A DNA stretch of 64,000 nucleotides from Eledone cirrhosa (taxonomy: Eukaryota): assembly GCA_964016885.1 (NCBI GenBank), contig OZ024749.1, forward strand, positions 21,452,001 to 21,516,000, read 5' to 3'. This document shows, one piece after another, positions 39,552-51,980 of the stretch (its first letter is position 1; each line of letters begins with the position of its first letter). Position numbers and translations under genes: made by a program. The notes beneath the pieces are model-generated. The model saw only the letters and a program-made list of their open reading frames with translations. It had not been told where the DNA came from and ran no database searches.

Positions 39552-40174
39552 GGTTAGCGTTAGGGTTAGGGTTAGCGTTAGGGGTAGGGTTAGCGTTAAT
39601 GTTAGGGTTAGGGTTAGGTTTAGCGTTAGGGTTAGTTTTAGGGTTAGTGTTAGTATTATAGTTAAGGTTTTTTCATTTTTTCCATTCTTTCAATTTTTCG
39701 ACTTTTTCGATTTTTTCATTTCATTATAAAAAATTTTTTCGATTTTTTCATTTTTCCCTTCTTGAAATTTTTCGATTTTTTCGATTTTTTCAATTTTTTC
39801 GAGTTAGGGTTAGGGGTATGGTTAGGGTTACTGTTTAGGGTTTAGGGTTTAGGGTTATGGTTAGGGTTAGGGTTAGGGTTACGGTTAGGGTTTAGTATTT
39901 AGGGTTTAGGTTAAGGATTAGTGTTAGGATTAGGGTTAGGGTTAGTGTTAGTGTTACGGTTAGAGTCAGGCTTAGGGTTAGGGTTTAGGGTTAGGGTTAG
40001 AGTTAGGGTTACGTTTTTTCCTTTTTTCGATTTTTTCATTTTTCGATTTCTTTATTTTGTCGATTTTTCGATTTTTTTCGATTCTTTTATTTTTTCATTT
40101 TTTTCGATTTTTGAGGGTTAGGGTTAGGGTTAGGATTAGGGTTAGGGTTTAGGCTTAGGGTTTAGGGTTAGGGT

Positions 40175-40207
<33 letters not shown>

Positions 40208-41156
40208 TAGGTTTAGGGTTAGAGTTAGGGTTAGGGTTAGGGTTAGTGTTAGTGTTACGGTTAGTGTTACGGTTAGAGTTAGGGTTTGCGTTAGGGTTAG
40301 GATTTAGGGTTAGGGTTAGGATTAGTGTTAGGGTTACGTTTTTTCCTTTCTTCGATTTTCTCATTTTTCGATTCACTTTTTCGATTTTTCGAATTTTTCG
40401 ATTTTTTCATTTTATCATTTATTGATTTTTGAGGGTTAGGGTTAGGGTTAGTGTTAGGGTTTAGGGTTAGGGTTTAGGCTTAGGGTTTAGGATTAGGGTT
40501 AGGGTTAGGATTTAGGGATAGTGTTAGGGTTAAGGTTTGGGTTAGGATTTAGGGTTAGTGTTAGGGTTAGGGTTAATTTTTTTTTTCGATTTCTTCAATT
40601 TTTCGATTTTTTAGATTTTTTCATGATTTCAATTTTAAAATTTTTTTTCATTTTTTCATTTTTTCATTTTTTCATTTTTTTATTTTTTCATTTTTTCATT
40701 TTTTCATTTTTTCATTTTTTCATTTTTTCATTTTTTCATTTTTCCCTTTTTTCAATTTTTTAGCGTTCGGGTTAGGGCTATGGTCAGGGTTAGTGTTTCG
40801 GGTTTAGGGTTTAGGGTTTGGGTTAGGTTTAGGTTTAGTGTTAGGGTTAGGGTTAGGGTAAGGGTTAGGGTTTAGGAATTAGGGTTTAGGTTCAGGGTTA
40901 GGGTTAGTGTTAGTGTTGCGGTTAGAGTTAGGTTTAGGGTTAGGGTTAGGATTACGTTTTTTCCTTTCGATTTTTTCATTTTTCGATTTCTTCATTTTTT
41001 TCGATTTTTCGAATTTTTTAGATTTTTCCATTTTTTTATTTTTTTGATTTTTGAGGGTTAGGTTTAGGGGTAGGGTTAGGGTTTAGGTTTAGGGTTTAGG
41101 GTAAGTGTTAGGGTTTAGGGTTAGTGTCAGGGTTAAGGTTAGGGTTAAGATTAGGT

Positions 41157-41189
<33 letters not shown>

Positions 41190-41271
41190 TAGGTTTAGGG
41201 TTAGAGTTAGGGTTAGGGTTAGGGTTAGTGTTAGTGTTACGGTTAGTGTTACAGTTAGAGTTAGGGTTTGC

Positions 41272-41302
<31 letters not shown>

Positions 41303-42350
41303 ATTAGTGTTAGGGTTACGTTTTTTCCTTTCTTCGATTTTATCATTTTTCGATTCACTTTTTCGATTTTTCGAATTTTTCGATTTTTTCATTTTATCAT
41401 TTATTGATTTTTGAGGGTTAGGGTTAGGGTTAGTGTTAGGGTTTAGGGTTAGGGTTTAGGCTTAGGGTTTAGGGTTAGGGTTAGGGTTAGGGTTTAGGGT
41501 TAGTGTTAGGGTTAAGGTTTGGGTTAGGATTTAGGGTTAGTGTTAGGGTTAGGGTTAATTTTTTTTTCGATTTCTTCAATTTTTCGATTTTTTCGATTTT
41601 TTCATGATTTCAATTTTAAAATTTTTTTTCATTTTTTCATTTTTTCATTTTTTCATTTATTCATTTTTTCATTTTTTCATTTTTTCATTTTTCCCTTTTT
41701 TCAATTTTTTAGCGTTCGGGTTAGTGCTATGGTCAGGGTTAGTGTTTCGGGTTTAGGGTTTAGGGTTTGGGTTAGGTTTAGGTTTAGTGTTAGGGTTAGG
41801 GTTAGGGTAAGGGTTAGGGTTTAGGAATTAGGGTTTAGGTTCAGGGTTAGGGTTAGTGTTAGTGTTGCGGTTAGAGTTAGGTTTAGGGTTAGGGTTAGGA
41901 TTACGTTTTTTCCTTTCGATTTTTTCATTTTTCGATTTCTTCATTTTTTTCGATTTTTCGAAATTTTTAGATTTTTTCATTTTTTAATTTTTTTGATTTT
42001 TGAGGGTTAGGTTTAGGGGTAGGGTTAGGGTTTAGGGTTAGGGTTTAGGGTAAGTGTTAGGGTTTAGGGTTAGTGTTAGGGTTAAGGTTAGGGTTAAGAT
42101 TAGGTTTATGGTTAAGTTTATGGTTAGGGTTAGGGTTAGTGTTTAGGGTTTTGGGTTTAGGGTTGGGGTTAGGGGTAGCGTTAAGTTTACGGTTAGGGTT
42201 AGCGTTAGGGTTAGGGGTATGGTTGGAGTTAGTGTTTAGGGTTTAGGGTTTAGGGTTATGGTTAGGGTTAGGGTTAGGTTTAGTGTTAGGGTTAGGGCTA
42301 GGGTTTAGGATTTAGTGTTTAGGGTTAGGGTTAGGGTTAAGGTTAGGGTT
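32675..42350 (+). repeat. ~9.06 kb higher-order repeat, copy 4 (carries an internal ~0.95 kb duplication; colinearity lost near 42.35 kb)
   Basis: Markers gggaaaggg (33064), gggctcag (~34514) and gttagggctagggtttaggatttagtg (~42291, matching ~14171) are present. After ~42350 the sequence follows a different module order. Confidence 0.88.
40180..42110 (+). repeat. ~0.95-0.98 kb tandem duplication unique to HOR copy 4
   Basis: ggaatt occurs at 40875/41824 and tgcg at 40287/41269. After ttaagattaggtttag (~41157) the sequence jumps back to the module at ~40185. Confidence 0.85.
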
Positions 42351-43887
42351 AGGGTTAGGGTTAGGGTTTAGGGTAAGGGTTAGTGTTAGGGTTACGTTTT
42401 TTTCATTTATTCGATTTTTTCATTTTTCGATTTCTTCATTTTTCTATTTTTCGATTTTTTTTGATTTTTTCATTCTTTAATTTTTTCAATTTTTTCGATT
42501 TTTTCGATTTTTAGAGTTAGGGTTAGGGTTAGGGTTTTTTCGATATTTCATTTTTTCGATTTTTTGATTTTTTGATTTTTTCGAATTTTATTGTTTGATT
42601 TTTTCACTTTTTCTATATTTCAATATCCTCATTTTTTCGACTTTTCGATTTTTTTAGATTTTTTCATTTTATCTTTTTTACGATTTTTGAGGGTTAGGGT
42701 TTAGGGTTAATGCTTAGGTTTAAGGTTAGGGTTATGGTTAGGCTTACGGTTAGGGGTAGGGTTTGTGTTTAGGGTTTAGGGTTTAGGGTTAGCGTTAGTG
42801 TTAGGGTTAAGGTTACGGTTAGGGTTAGGGTTTGTGTTTAGGGTTTAGGGTTTAGGGTTAGCGTTAGGGTTAGGGTTAGGGTTAGGTTTAGGGGTAGGGT
42901 TAGCGTTAATGTTAGTGTTAGGGATATATTTAGCGTTAGGGTTAGGGTTAGTGTTATGGTTAGGGTTAGGGTTAGGGTTACGGTAGGATTAGCGTTAAGG
43001 TTAGGGTTAGATTTAGCGTTAGGGTTAGGGTTAGTGTTAGGGTTAATTTTTTTATTTTTTCGATTTTTTCAAATTTTCGAATTTTTCATTTTTCGATTTC
43101 TTCATTTTTCTGTTTCGATTTTTTTTTGATTTTTTCATTCTTTAATTTTTTCAATTTTTTCGATTTTTTCGATCTTTAGAGTTAGTGTTAGGGTTAGGGT
43201 TAGGTTTAGGGTTTTTTCGATTTTTCATTTTTTCGATTTTTTTCATTTTTTCATTTTTTCGAATTTTTCATTTTTTTCGAATTTTTTTTTTGATTTTTTC
43301 ATTTTTTCTATTTTTAGATTTTTTCGATTTTTTCATTTTTTCAATTTCTCAATTTTTTACCGTTAGGGTTTTGGGTAGGGTTATCGTTAAGTTTAGGTTT
43401 AGGGTTAGGGTTAGCGTCAGGGTTTAGGGTTAGGATTAGGGTTAGGATTTGTGTTAGTGTTACGGTTAGAGTTAGGGTTAGGGTTAGGGTTAGGGGTAGG
43501 GGTAAGTTTAGGGTTAGGGTTAGTATTAGGCTTAGCGTTAGGGTTAGGTTTAGGGTTATGGTTAGGGGTAGGGTTAGCGTTAAGGTTAGTGTTAGGTTTA
43601 GGGTTACGTTTTTTCCTTTTTTCGAATTTTTCATTTTTTGATTTCTTCATTTTTTCGACTTTTCGATTTTTTTAGATTTTTAGATTTTTTCATTTTTTCG
43701 ATTTTTGAGGGTTAGGGTTAGGGTTAGGGTTACGGTTAGGGGTAGGGTTTGTGTTTAGGGTTTAGGGTTTAGGGTTAGCGTTAGGGTTAGAGTTACTCTT
43801 AGGTTTAGGGGTAGGATTAGCGTTAATGTTAGTGTTAGGGTTAGATTTAGCATTAGGGTTAGGGTTAGGGTTAGGGTTAGGCTTAGT

Positions 43888-43922
<35 letters not shown>

Positions 43923-44599
43923 TGGTTAGGGTTAGGGTTAGTTTTAGGGTTAGTGTTAGGGTTAGGGTTAGGGTTAGGGTTACGGTTAGGGGTAGGGTTT
44001 GTGTTTAGGGTTTAGGGTTTAGGGTTAGCGTTAGGGTTAGTGTTAGGGTTAGGGTTAGGGTTAGGGTTAGGGGTAGGATTAGCGTTAATGTTAGTGTTAG
44101 GGTTAGATTTAGCATTAGGGTTAGGGTTAGGGTTAGGTTTAGTGTTAGAGTTAGGATTTAGGGTTAGGGTTAGGGTTAGGGTTAGGGTTAGGGTTAGTTT
44201 TAGGGTTAGTGTTAGGTTTAGAGTTAAGGTTTTTTCATTTTTTTGATTTTTTCAATTATCCGACTTTTTCGATTTTTTCATTTCATTATAAAAATCTTTT
44301 TCGATTTTTTCATTTTTCCTTTTTCGAAATTTTTCGATTTTTTCGAATTTTTCAATTTTTTAGAGTTAGGGTTACAGTTTAGGGTTTAGGGTTTAGGGTT
44401 ATGGTTTAGGTTAAGGATTAGTGTTAGGATTAGGGTTAGGGTTAGTGTTAGTGTTACGGTTAGAGTCAGGCTTAGGGTTAGGGTTTAGGGTTCGGGTTAG
44501 AGTTAGGGTTACGTTTTTTCCTTTTTTCGATTTTTTCATTTTTCGATTTCTTTATTTTGTCGATCTTTCGATTTTTTTCGATTTTTTTATTTTTTCATT

Positions 44600-45059
44600 T
44601 ATTGATTTTTGAGGGTTAGGTTTAGGGTTAGTGTTAGGGTTTAGGGTTAGTGTTTAGGCTTAGGGTTTAGGGTTAGGGTTAGGGTTAAATTTAGGGTTTA
44701 GGGTTAGTGTTAGGGTTAAGGTTAGGGTTATGATTAGGGTTAGGGTAAGGGTTAATTTTTTTTTTTCGATTTCTTCAATTTTTCGATTTTTTTGATTTTT
44801 TCATTATTTCAATTTTAAAATTTATTTTATTTTTTCATTTTTCCCCTTTTGGGATTTTTCGATTTTTTTTTGATTTTTTCAATTTTTTAGCGTTAGGGTT
44901 AGGGGTATGGTTAGGGTTAGTGTTTCGGGTTTAGGGTTTAGGGTTAGGGTTTGGGTTAGGGTTAGGTTTAGTGTTAGGGTTAGGGTTTAGGAATTAGGGT
45001 TTAGGTTTAGGGTTAGGTTTAGGGTTAGGGTTAGTGTTAGTGTTGCAGTTAGATTTAGA

Positions 45060-45094
<35 letters not shown>

Positions 45095-47318
45095 CGTCTT
45101 GTCCTTTCGATTTTTTCATTTTTCGATTTCTTCATTTTTTTCGATTTTTCGAATTTTTTAGATTTTTTCATTTTTTCATTTTTTCGATTTTTGAGGATTA
45201 GGTTTAAGGGTAGGGTTACGGTTTATGGTTAGGGTTTAGGGTTGGTGTTAGGGTTTAGGGTTAGTGTTAGGGTTAAGGTTAGGGTTAAGATTAGGGTTAT
45301 CGTTAAGTTTATGGTTAGGGTTAGGGTTAGTGTTTAGGGTTTTGGATTTAGGGTTAGGGTTAGGGGTAGCGTTAAGTTTACGGTTAGGGTTAGCGTTAGG
45401 GTCAGGGTTAGGTTAGGGTTAGGGGTAGGGTTAGCGTTAAGGTTAGGGTTATGGTTAGGTTTAGCGTTAGGATTAGGGTTAGGGTTAAGTGTAGGGTTAA
45501 AATTTTTCATTTTTTTCGATTTTTTCGATTTTGGGTATTTTTCGATTTTTTTTGATTTTTTTCAATTTTTTAGCGTTAGGGTTAGTGTTTAGGGTTTAGG
45601 GTTTAGGGTTATGGTTAGGGTTAGGGTTAGGGTTAGGGTTAAGTTTACGTTTAGTGTTGGGGTTAGGGTTAGTGTTAGGCTTTAGGATTTAGTGTTTCGG
45701 TTAGGTTTTTTTCATTTATTCGATTTTCTCATTTTTCGATTTCTTAATTTTTCTATCTTTCGATTTTTTTTGATTTTTTCATTCCTTAATTTTTTCAATT
45801 TTTTCGATTTTTTCGATTTTTAGAGTTAGTGTTAGGGTTAGGGTTAGGGTTAGGGTTAGGGTTTTTTCGATTTTTCATTTTTTCGATTTTTTGATTTTTT
45901 GATTTTTTCGAATTTTTTTTATTGATTTTTTCACTTTCTCTATTTTTCGATTTTTTTCGATTTTTGGATCTTTTGGATTTTTTCATTTTTTCATTTTCTC
46001 AATATTTTAGCGTTAGGGTTTTGGGTAGGTTTATCGTTAAGGTTAGTGTTAGGGTTTAGGTTAGGGTTAGGATTTAGGGTTAGTGTTAGGGTTAAGGTTA
46101 GGGTTATGGTTAGGATTAGGGTTAGGGTTAGGATTAGGGGTAGGATTGGCATTAAGTTTAGGGTTAGGGTTAGGTTTAGCGTTAGGGTTATTGTTAATTT
46201 TTTTTTTTTCGATTTCTTCAATTTTTCGATTTTTTTCGATTTTTTCATTATTTCAATTTTAAAATTTATTTCATTTTTTCATTTTTCCCTTTTTGGGATT
46301 TTTCGATTTTTTTGATTTATTCAATTTTTTAGCGTTAGGGTTAGGGTTAGGGTCAGGGTTAGTGTTTCGGGTTTAGGGTTTAGGGTTATGGTTAGGGTTA
46401 GGGTTAGGGTTAGGGTTAGTTTTAGGGTTAGTGTTAGGTTTAGAGTTAAGGTTTTTTCATTTTTTCGATTTTTTCAATTATTCGACTTTTTCGATTTTTT
46501 CATTTCATTATAAAAATCTTTTTCGACTTTTTCATTTTTCCCTTTTTGAAATTTTTCGATTTTTTCGAATTTTTCAATTTTTTAGAGTTAGGGTTAGGGG
46601 TATGGTTAGGGTTACTGTTTGGGGTTTAGGGTTTAGGGTTATGGTTAGGGTTAGGGTTAGGGTTACGGTTAGGGTTTAGGTTAAGGATTAGTGTTAGGAT
46701 TAGGGTTAGGGTTAGTGTTAGTGTTACGGTTAGAGTCAGGCTTAGGGTTAGGGTTTAGGGTTAGGGGTAGAGTTAGGGTTACGTTTTTTCATTTTTTCGA
46801 TTTTTTCATTTTTAGATTTCTTTATTTTTTTCGATTTTTCGATTTTTTTCGATTTTTTCATTTTTTCATTTTTTCGATTTTTGAGGTTTAGGGTTAGGGT
46901 TAGGATTAAGGTTAGGGTTTAGGCTTAGGGTTTAGGGTTAGGGTTTAGGGTTAGGGTTAGTGTTTAGGTTTAGGGTTAGAGTTAGTGTTAGGGTTAGGGT
47001 TAGTGTTAGTGTTACGGTTAGTGTTACGGTTAGAGTTAGGGTTTGTGTTAGGGTTAGGGTTTAGGGTTAGGATTAGTGTTAGGGTTACGTTTTTTCCTTT
47101 CTTCGATTTTTTCATTTTTCGATTCACTTTTTCGATTTTTCTATTTTTTTCGATTTTTTCATTTTATCATTTATTGATTTTTGAGGGTTAGAGTTAGGGT
47201 TAGTGTTACGGTTTAGGGTTAGAGTTAGGGGTAGGATTAGCGTTAAGGTTAGGGTTAGGGTTAGGTTTAGCGTTAGGGTTTAGGCTTAGGGTTTAGGGTT
47301 AGGGTTTAGGGTTAGGGT

Positions 47319-47351
<33 letters not shown>

Positions 47352-47433
47352 TAGGTTTAGGGTTAGAGTTAGGGTTAGGGTTAGGGTTAGCGTTAGTGTT
47401 ACGGTTAGTGTTACGGTTAGAGTTAGGGTTTGC

Positions 47434-47464
<31 letters not shown>

Positions 47465-48030
47465 ATTAGTGTTAGGGTTACGTTTTTTCCTTTCTTCGAT
47501 TTTTTCATTTTTCGATTCACTTTTTCGATTTTTCGATTTTTTTCGATTTTTTAATTTTTTCATTTATTGATTTTTGAGGGTTAGGGTTAGGGTTAGTGTT
47601 AGGGTTTAGGGTTAGTGTTTAGGCTTAGGGTTTAGGGTTAGGGTTAGGGTTAAGTTTAGGGTTTAGGGTTAGTGTTAGGGTTAAGGTTAGGGTTATGATT
47701 AGGGTTAGGGTAAGGGTTAAATTTTTTTTTTCGATTTCTTCAATTTTTCGATTTTTTCGATTTTTTCAATATTTCAATTTTAAAATTTATTTTATTTTTT
47801 CATTTTTCCCCTTTTGGGATTTTTCGATTTTTTTTTGATTTTTTCAATTTTTTAGCGTTAGGGTTAGGGGTATGGTTAGGGTTAGTGTTTCGGGTTTAGG
47901 GTTTAGGGTTAGGGTTTGGGTTAGGGTTAGGTTTAGTGTTAGGGTTAGGGTTAGGGTTTAGGAATTAGGGTTTAGGTTTAGGGTTAGGTTTAGGGTTAGG
48001 GTTAGTGTTAGTGTTGCAGTTAGATTTAGA

Positions 48031-48065
<35 letters not shown>

Positions 48066-49970
48066 CGTCTTGTCCTTTCGATTTTTTCATTTTTCGATTT
48101 CTTCATTTTTTTCGATTTTTCGAATTTTTTAGATTTTTTCATTTTTTCATTTTTTCGATTTTTGAGGATTAGGTTTAGGGGTAGGGTTACGGTTTATGGT
48201 TAGGGTTTAGGGTTGGTGTTAGGGTTTAGGGTTAGTGTTAGGGTTAAGGTTAGGGTTAAGATTAGGGTTATCGTTAAGTTTATGGTTAGGGTTAGGGTTA
48301 GTGTTTAGGGTTTTGGATTTAGGGTTAGGGTTAGGGGTAGCGTTAAGTTTACGGTTAGGGTTAGCGTTAGGGTCAGGGTTAGGCTTAGGGTTAGGGGTAG
48401 GGTTAGCGTTAAGGTTAGGGTTATGGTTAGGTTTAGCGTTAGGATTAGGGTTAGGGTTAAGTGTAGGGTTAAAATTTTTCATTTTTTTCGATTTTTTCGA
48501 TTTTGGGTATTTTTCGATTTTTTTTGATTTTTTTCAATTTTTTAGCGTTAGGGTTAGTGTTTAGGGTTTAGGGTTTAGGGTTATGGTTAGGGTTAGGGTT
48601 AGGGTTAGGGTTAAGTTTACGTTTAGTGTTAGGGTTAGGGTTAGTGTTAGGCTTTAGGATTTAGTGTTTCGGTTAGGTTTTTTTCATTTATTCGATTTTC
48701 TCATTTTTCGATTTCTTAATTTTTCTATTTTTCGATTTTTTTTGATTTTTTCATTCCTTAATTTTTTCAACTTTTTCGATTTTTTCGATTTTTAGAGTTA
48801 GTGTTAGGGTTAGGGTTAGGGTTAGGGTTAGGGTTTTTTCGATTTTTCATTTTTTCGATTTTTTGATTTTTTGACTTTTTCGAATTTTTTTTATTGATTT
48901 TTTCACTTTCTCTATTTTTCGATTTTTTTCGATTTTTTCATTATTTCAATTTTAAAATTTATTTTATTTTTTCATTTTTCCCTTTTTGGGATTTTTCGAT
49001 TTTTTTGATTTATTCAATTTTTTAGCGTTAGGGTTAGGGTTAGGGTTAGGGTTAGTGTTTCGGGTTTAGGGTTTATGGTTATGGTTAGGGTTAGGGTTAG
49101 GGTTAGGGTTAGTTTTAGGGTTAGTGTTAGGTTTAGAGTTAAGGTTTTTTCATTTTTTCGATTTTTTCAATTATTCGACTTTTTCGATTTTTTCATTTCA
49201 TTATAAAAATCTTTTTCGACTTTTTCATTTTTCCTTTTTTGAAATTTTTCGATTTTTTCGAATTTTTCAATTTTTTAGAGTTAGGGTTAGGGGTATGGTT
49301 AGGGTTACTGTTTGGGGTTTAGGGTTTAGGGTAATGGTTAGGGTTAGGGTTAGGGTTACGGTTAGGGTTTAGTATTTAGGGTTTAGGTTAAGGATTAGTG
49401 TTAGGATTAGGGTTAGGGTTAGTGTTAGTGTTACGGTTAGAGTCAGGCTTAGGGTTAGGGTTTAGGGTTAGGGGTAGAGTTAGGGTTACGTTTTTTCATT
49501 TTTTCGATTTTTTCATTTTTAGATTTCTTTATTTTTTCGATTTTTCGATTTTTTTCGATTTTTTCATTTTTTCATTTTTTGGATTTTTGAGGTTTAGGGT
49601 TAGGGTTAGGATTAAGGTTAGGGTTTAGGCTTAGGGTTTAGGGTTAGGGTTAGGGTTTAGGTTTAGGGTTAGAGTTAGTGTTAGGGTTAGGGTTAGTGTT
49701 AGTGTTACGGTTAGTGTTACGGTTAGAGTTAGGGTTTGTGTTAGGGTTAGGGTTTAGGGTTAGGATTAGTGTTAGGGTTACGTTTTTTCCTTTCTTCGAT
49801 TTTTTCATTTTTCGATTCACTTTTTCGATTTTTCTATTTTTTTCGATTTTTTCATTTTATCATTTATTGATTTTTGAGGGTTAGAGTTAGGGTTAGTGTT
49901 ACGGTTTAGGGTTAGAGTTAGGGGTAGGATTAGCGTTAAGGTTAGGGTTAGGTTTAGCGTTAGGGTTAGG
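44600..49970 (+). repeat. Duplication with 2.97 kb then 2.69 kb offset (~44.6-47.27 kb repeated at ~47.57-49.97 kb, with a ~280-bp deletion in the second copy)
   Basis: gttacgtcttgtcc occurs at 45091 and 48062 (offset 2971). ORFs 46431/49124 and 46985/49678 both have offset 2693. Confidence 0.85.
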
Positions 49971-51946
49971 GTTAGGCTTAGGGTTAATTCTTTTTTTCGA
50001 TTTCTTCAATTTTTCGATTTTTTAGATTTTTTCATTATTTCAATTTTAAAATTTATTTTATTTTTTCATTTTTCCCTTTTTTCAATTTTTTAGCGTTCGG
50101 GTTAGGGGTATGGTCAGGGTTAGTGTTTCGGGTTTAGGGTTTAGGGTTTGGGTTAGGATTAGGTTTAGTGTTAGGGTTAGGATTAGGGTAAGGGTTAGGG
50201 TTTAGGAATTAGGGTTAGTGTTAGTGTTGCGGTTAGAGTTAGGGTTAGGGTTTAGGGTTAGGTTTAGGATTACGTTTTTTCCTTTCGATTTTTTCATTTT
50301 TCGATTTCTTCATTTTTTTCGATTTTTCGATTTTTCGAATTTTTTAGATTTTTTCATTTTTTCATCTTTTCGATTTTTGAGGGTTAGGTTTAGGGGTAGG
50401 GTTAGGGTTTAGGGTTAGGGTTTAGGGTTAGTGTTAGGGTTTAGGGTTAGTGTTAGGGTTAAGGTTAGGGTTAAGATTAGGGTTATGGTTAAGTTTATGT
50501 TTAGCGTTAGGGTTAGTGTTTAGGCTTTTGGGTTTAGGGTTAGGGTTAGGGGTAGCGTTAAGTTTACGGTTAGGGTTAGCGTTAGGGTTAGGGTTAGGCT
50601 TAGGGTTAGGGGTAGGGTTAGCGTTAAGGTTAGGGTTATGGTTAGGTTTAGCGTTAGGATTAGGGTTAGGGGTATGGTTGGGGTTAGTGTTTATGGTTTA
50701 GGGTTTAGGGTTATGGTTAGGGTTAGGGTTAGGTTTATTGTTAGGGTTAGGGTTAGGGTTTAGGATTTAGTGTTTATGTTTAGGGTTAGGTTTAGGGTTA
50801 GGGTTAGGGTTAGGGTTTAGGGTAAGGGTTAGTGTTAGGGTTACGTTTTTTTTATTTATTCGATTTATTCATTTTTCGATTTATTCATTTTTCTATTTTT
50901 CGATTTTTTTTGATTTTTTCATTCTTTAATTTTTTCAATTTTTTCGATTTTTTCGATTTTTAGAGTTAGTGTTAGGGTTAGGGTTAGGGTTTTTTCGATT
51001 TTTCATTTTTTTCGATTTTTTGATTTTTTCCTTTATTCGAATTTTTTTTTTTGATTTTTTCACTTTTTCTATTTTTCGATATCTTCATTTTTTCGACTTT
51101 TCGATTTTTTTAGATTTTTTCATTTTATCTTTTTTACGATTTTTGAGGGTTAGGGTTTAGGGTTAGGGTTTAGGGTTAGGGTTATGGTTAGGCTTACGGT
51201 TAGGGGTAGGGTTTGTGTTTAGGGTTTAGGGTTTATGGTTAGCGTTAGTGTTAGGTTTACGGTTACGGTTAGGGTTAGGGTTTGTGTTTAAGGTTTAGGG
51301 TTTAGGGTTAGCGTTAGGGTTAGTGTTTGGGTTAGGTTTAGGGGTAGGGTTAGCGTTAATGTTAGGGTTAGGGTTAGATTTATCGTTAGGGTTAGGGTTA
51401 GTGTTATGGTTAGGGTTAGGGTTAGGGTTACGGTAGGATTAGCGTTAAGGTTAGGGTTAGGGTTAGGTTTAGCGTTAGGGTTAGGGTTAGGGTTAGGGTT
51501 AGGATTTGTGTTAGTGTTACGGTTAGAGTTAGGGTTAGGGTTAGGGTTAGGGGTAGGGGTAAGTTTAGGGTTAGGGTTAGTATTAGGCTTAGCGTTAGGG
51601 TTAGGTTTAGGGTTATGGTTAGGGGTAGGGTTAGCGTTAAGGTTAGTGTTAGGTTTAGGGTTACGTTTTTTCCTTTTTTCGAATTTTTCATTTTTTGATT
51701 TCTTCATTTTTTCGACTTTTCCATTTTTTTAGATTTTTTCATTTTTTCATTTTTTCGATTTTTGAGGGTTAGGGTTAGGGTTAGGGTTACGGTTAGGGGT
51801 AGGGTTTGTGTTTAGGGTTTAGGGTTTAGGGTTAGCGTTAGGGTTAGGGTTTCTGTTAGGTTTAGGTGTAGGATTAGCGTTAATGTTAGTGTTAGGGTTA
51901 GATTTAGCATTAGGGTTAGGGTTAGGGTTAGGGTTAGGTTTAGTTG

Positions 51947-51980
<34 letters not shown>

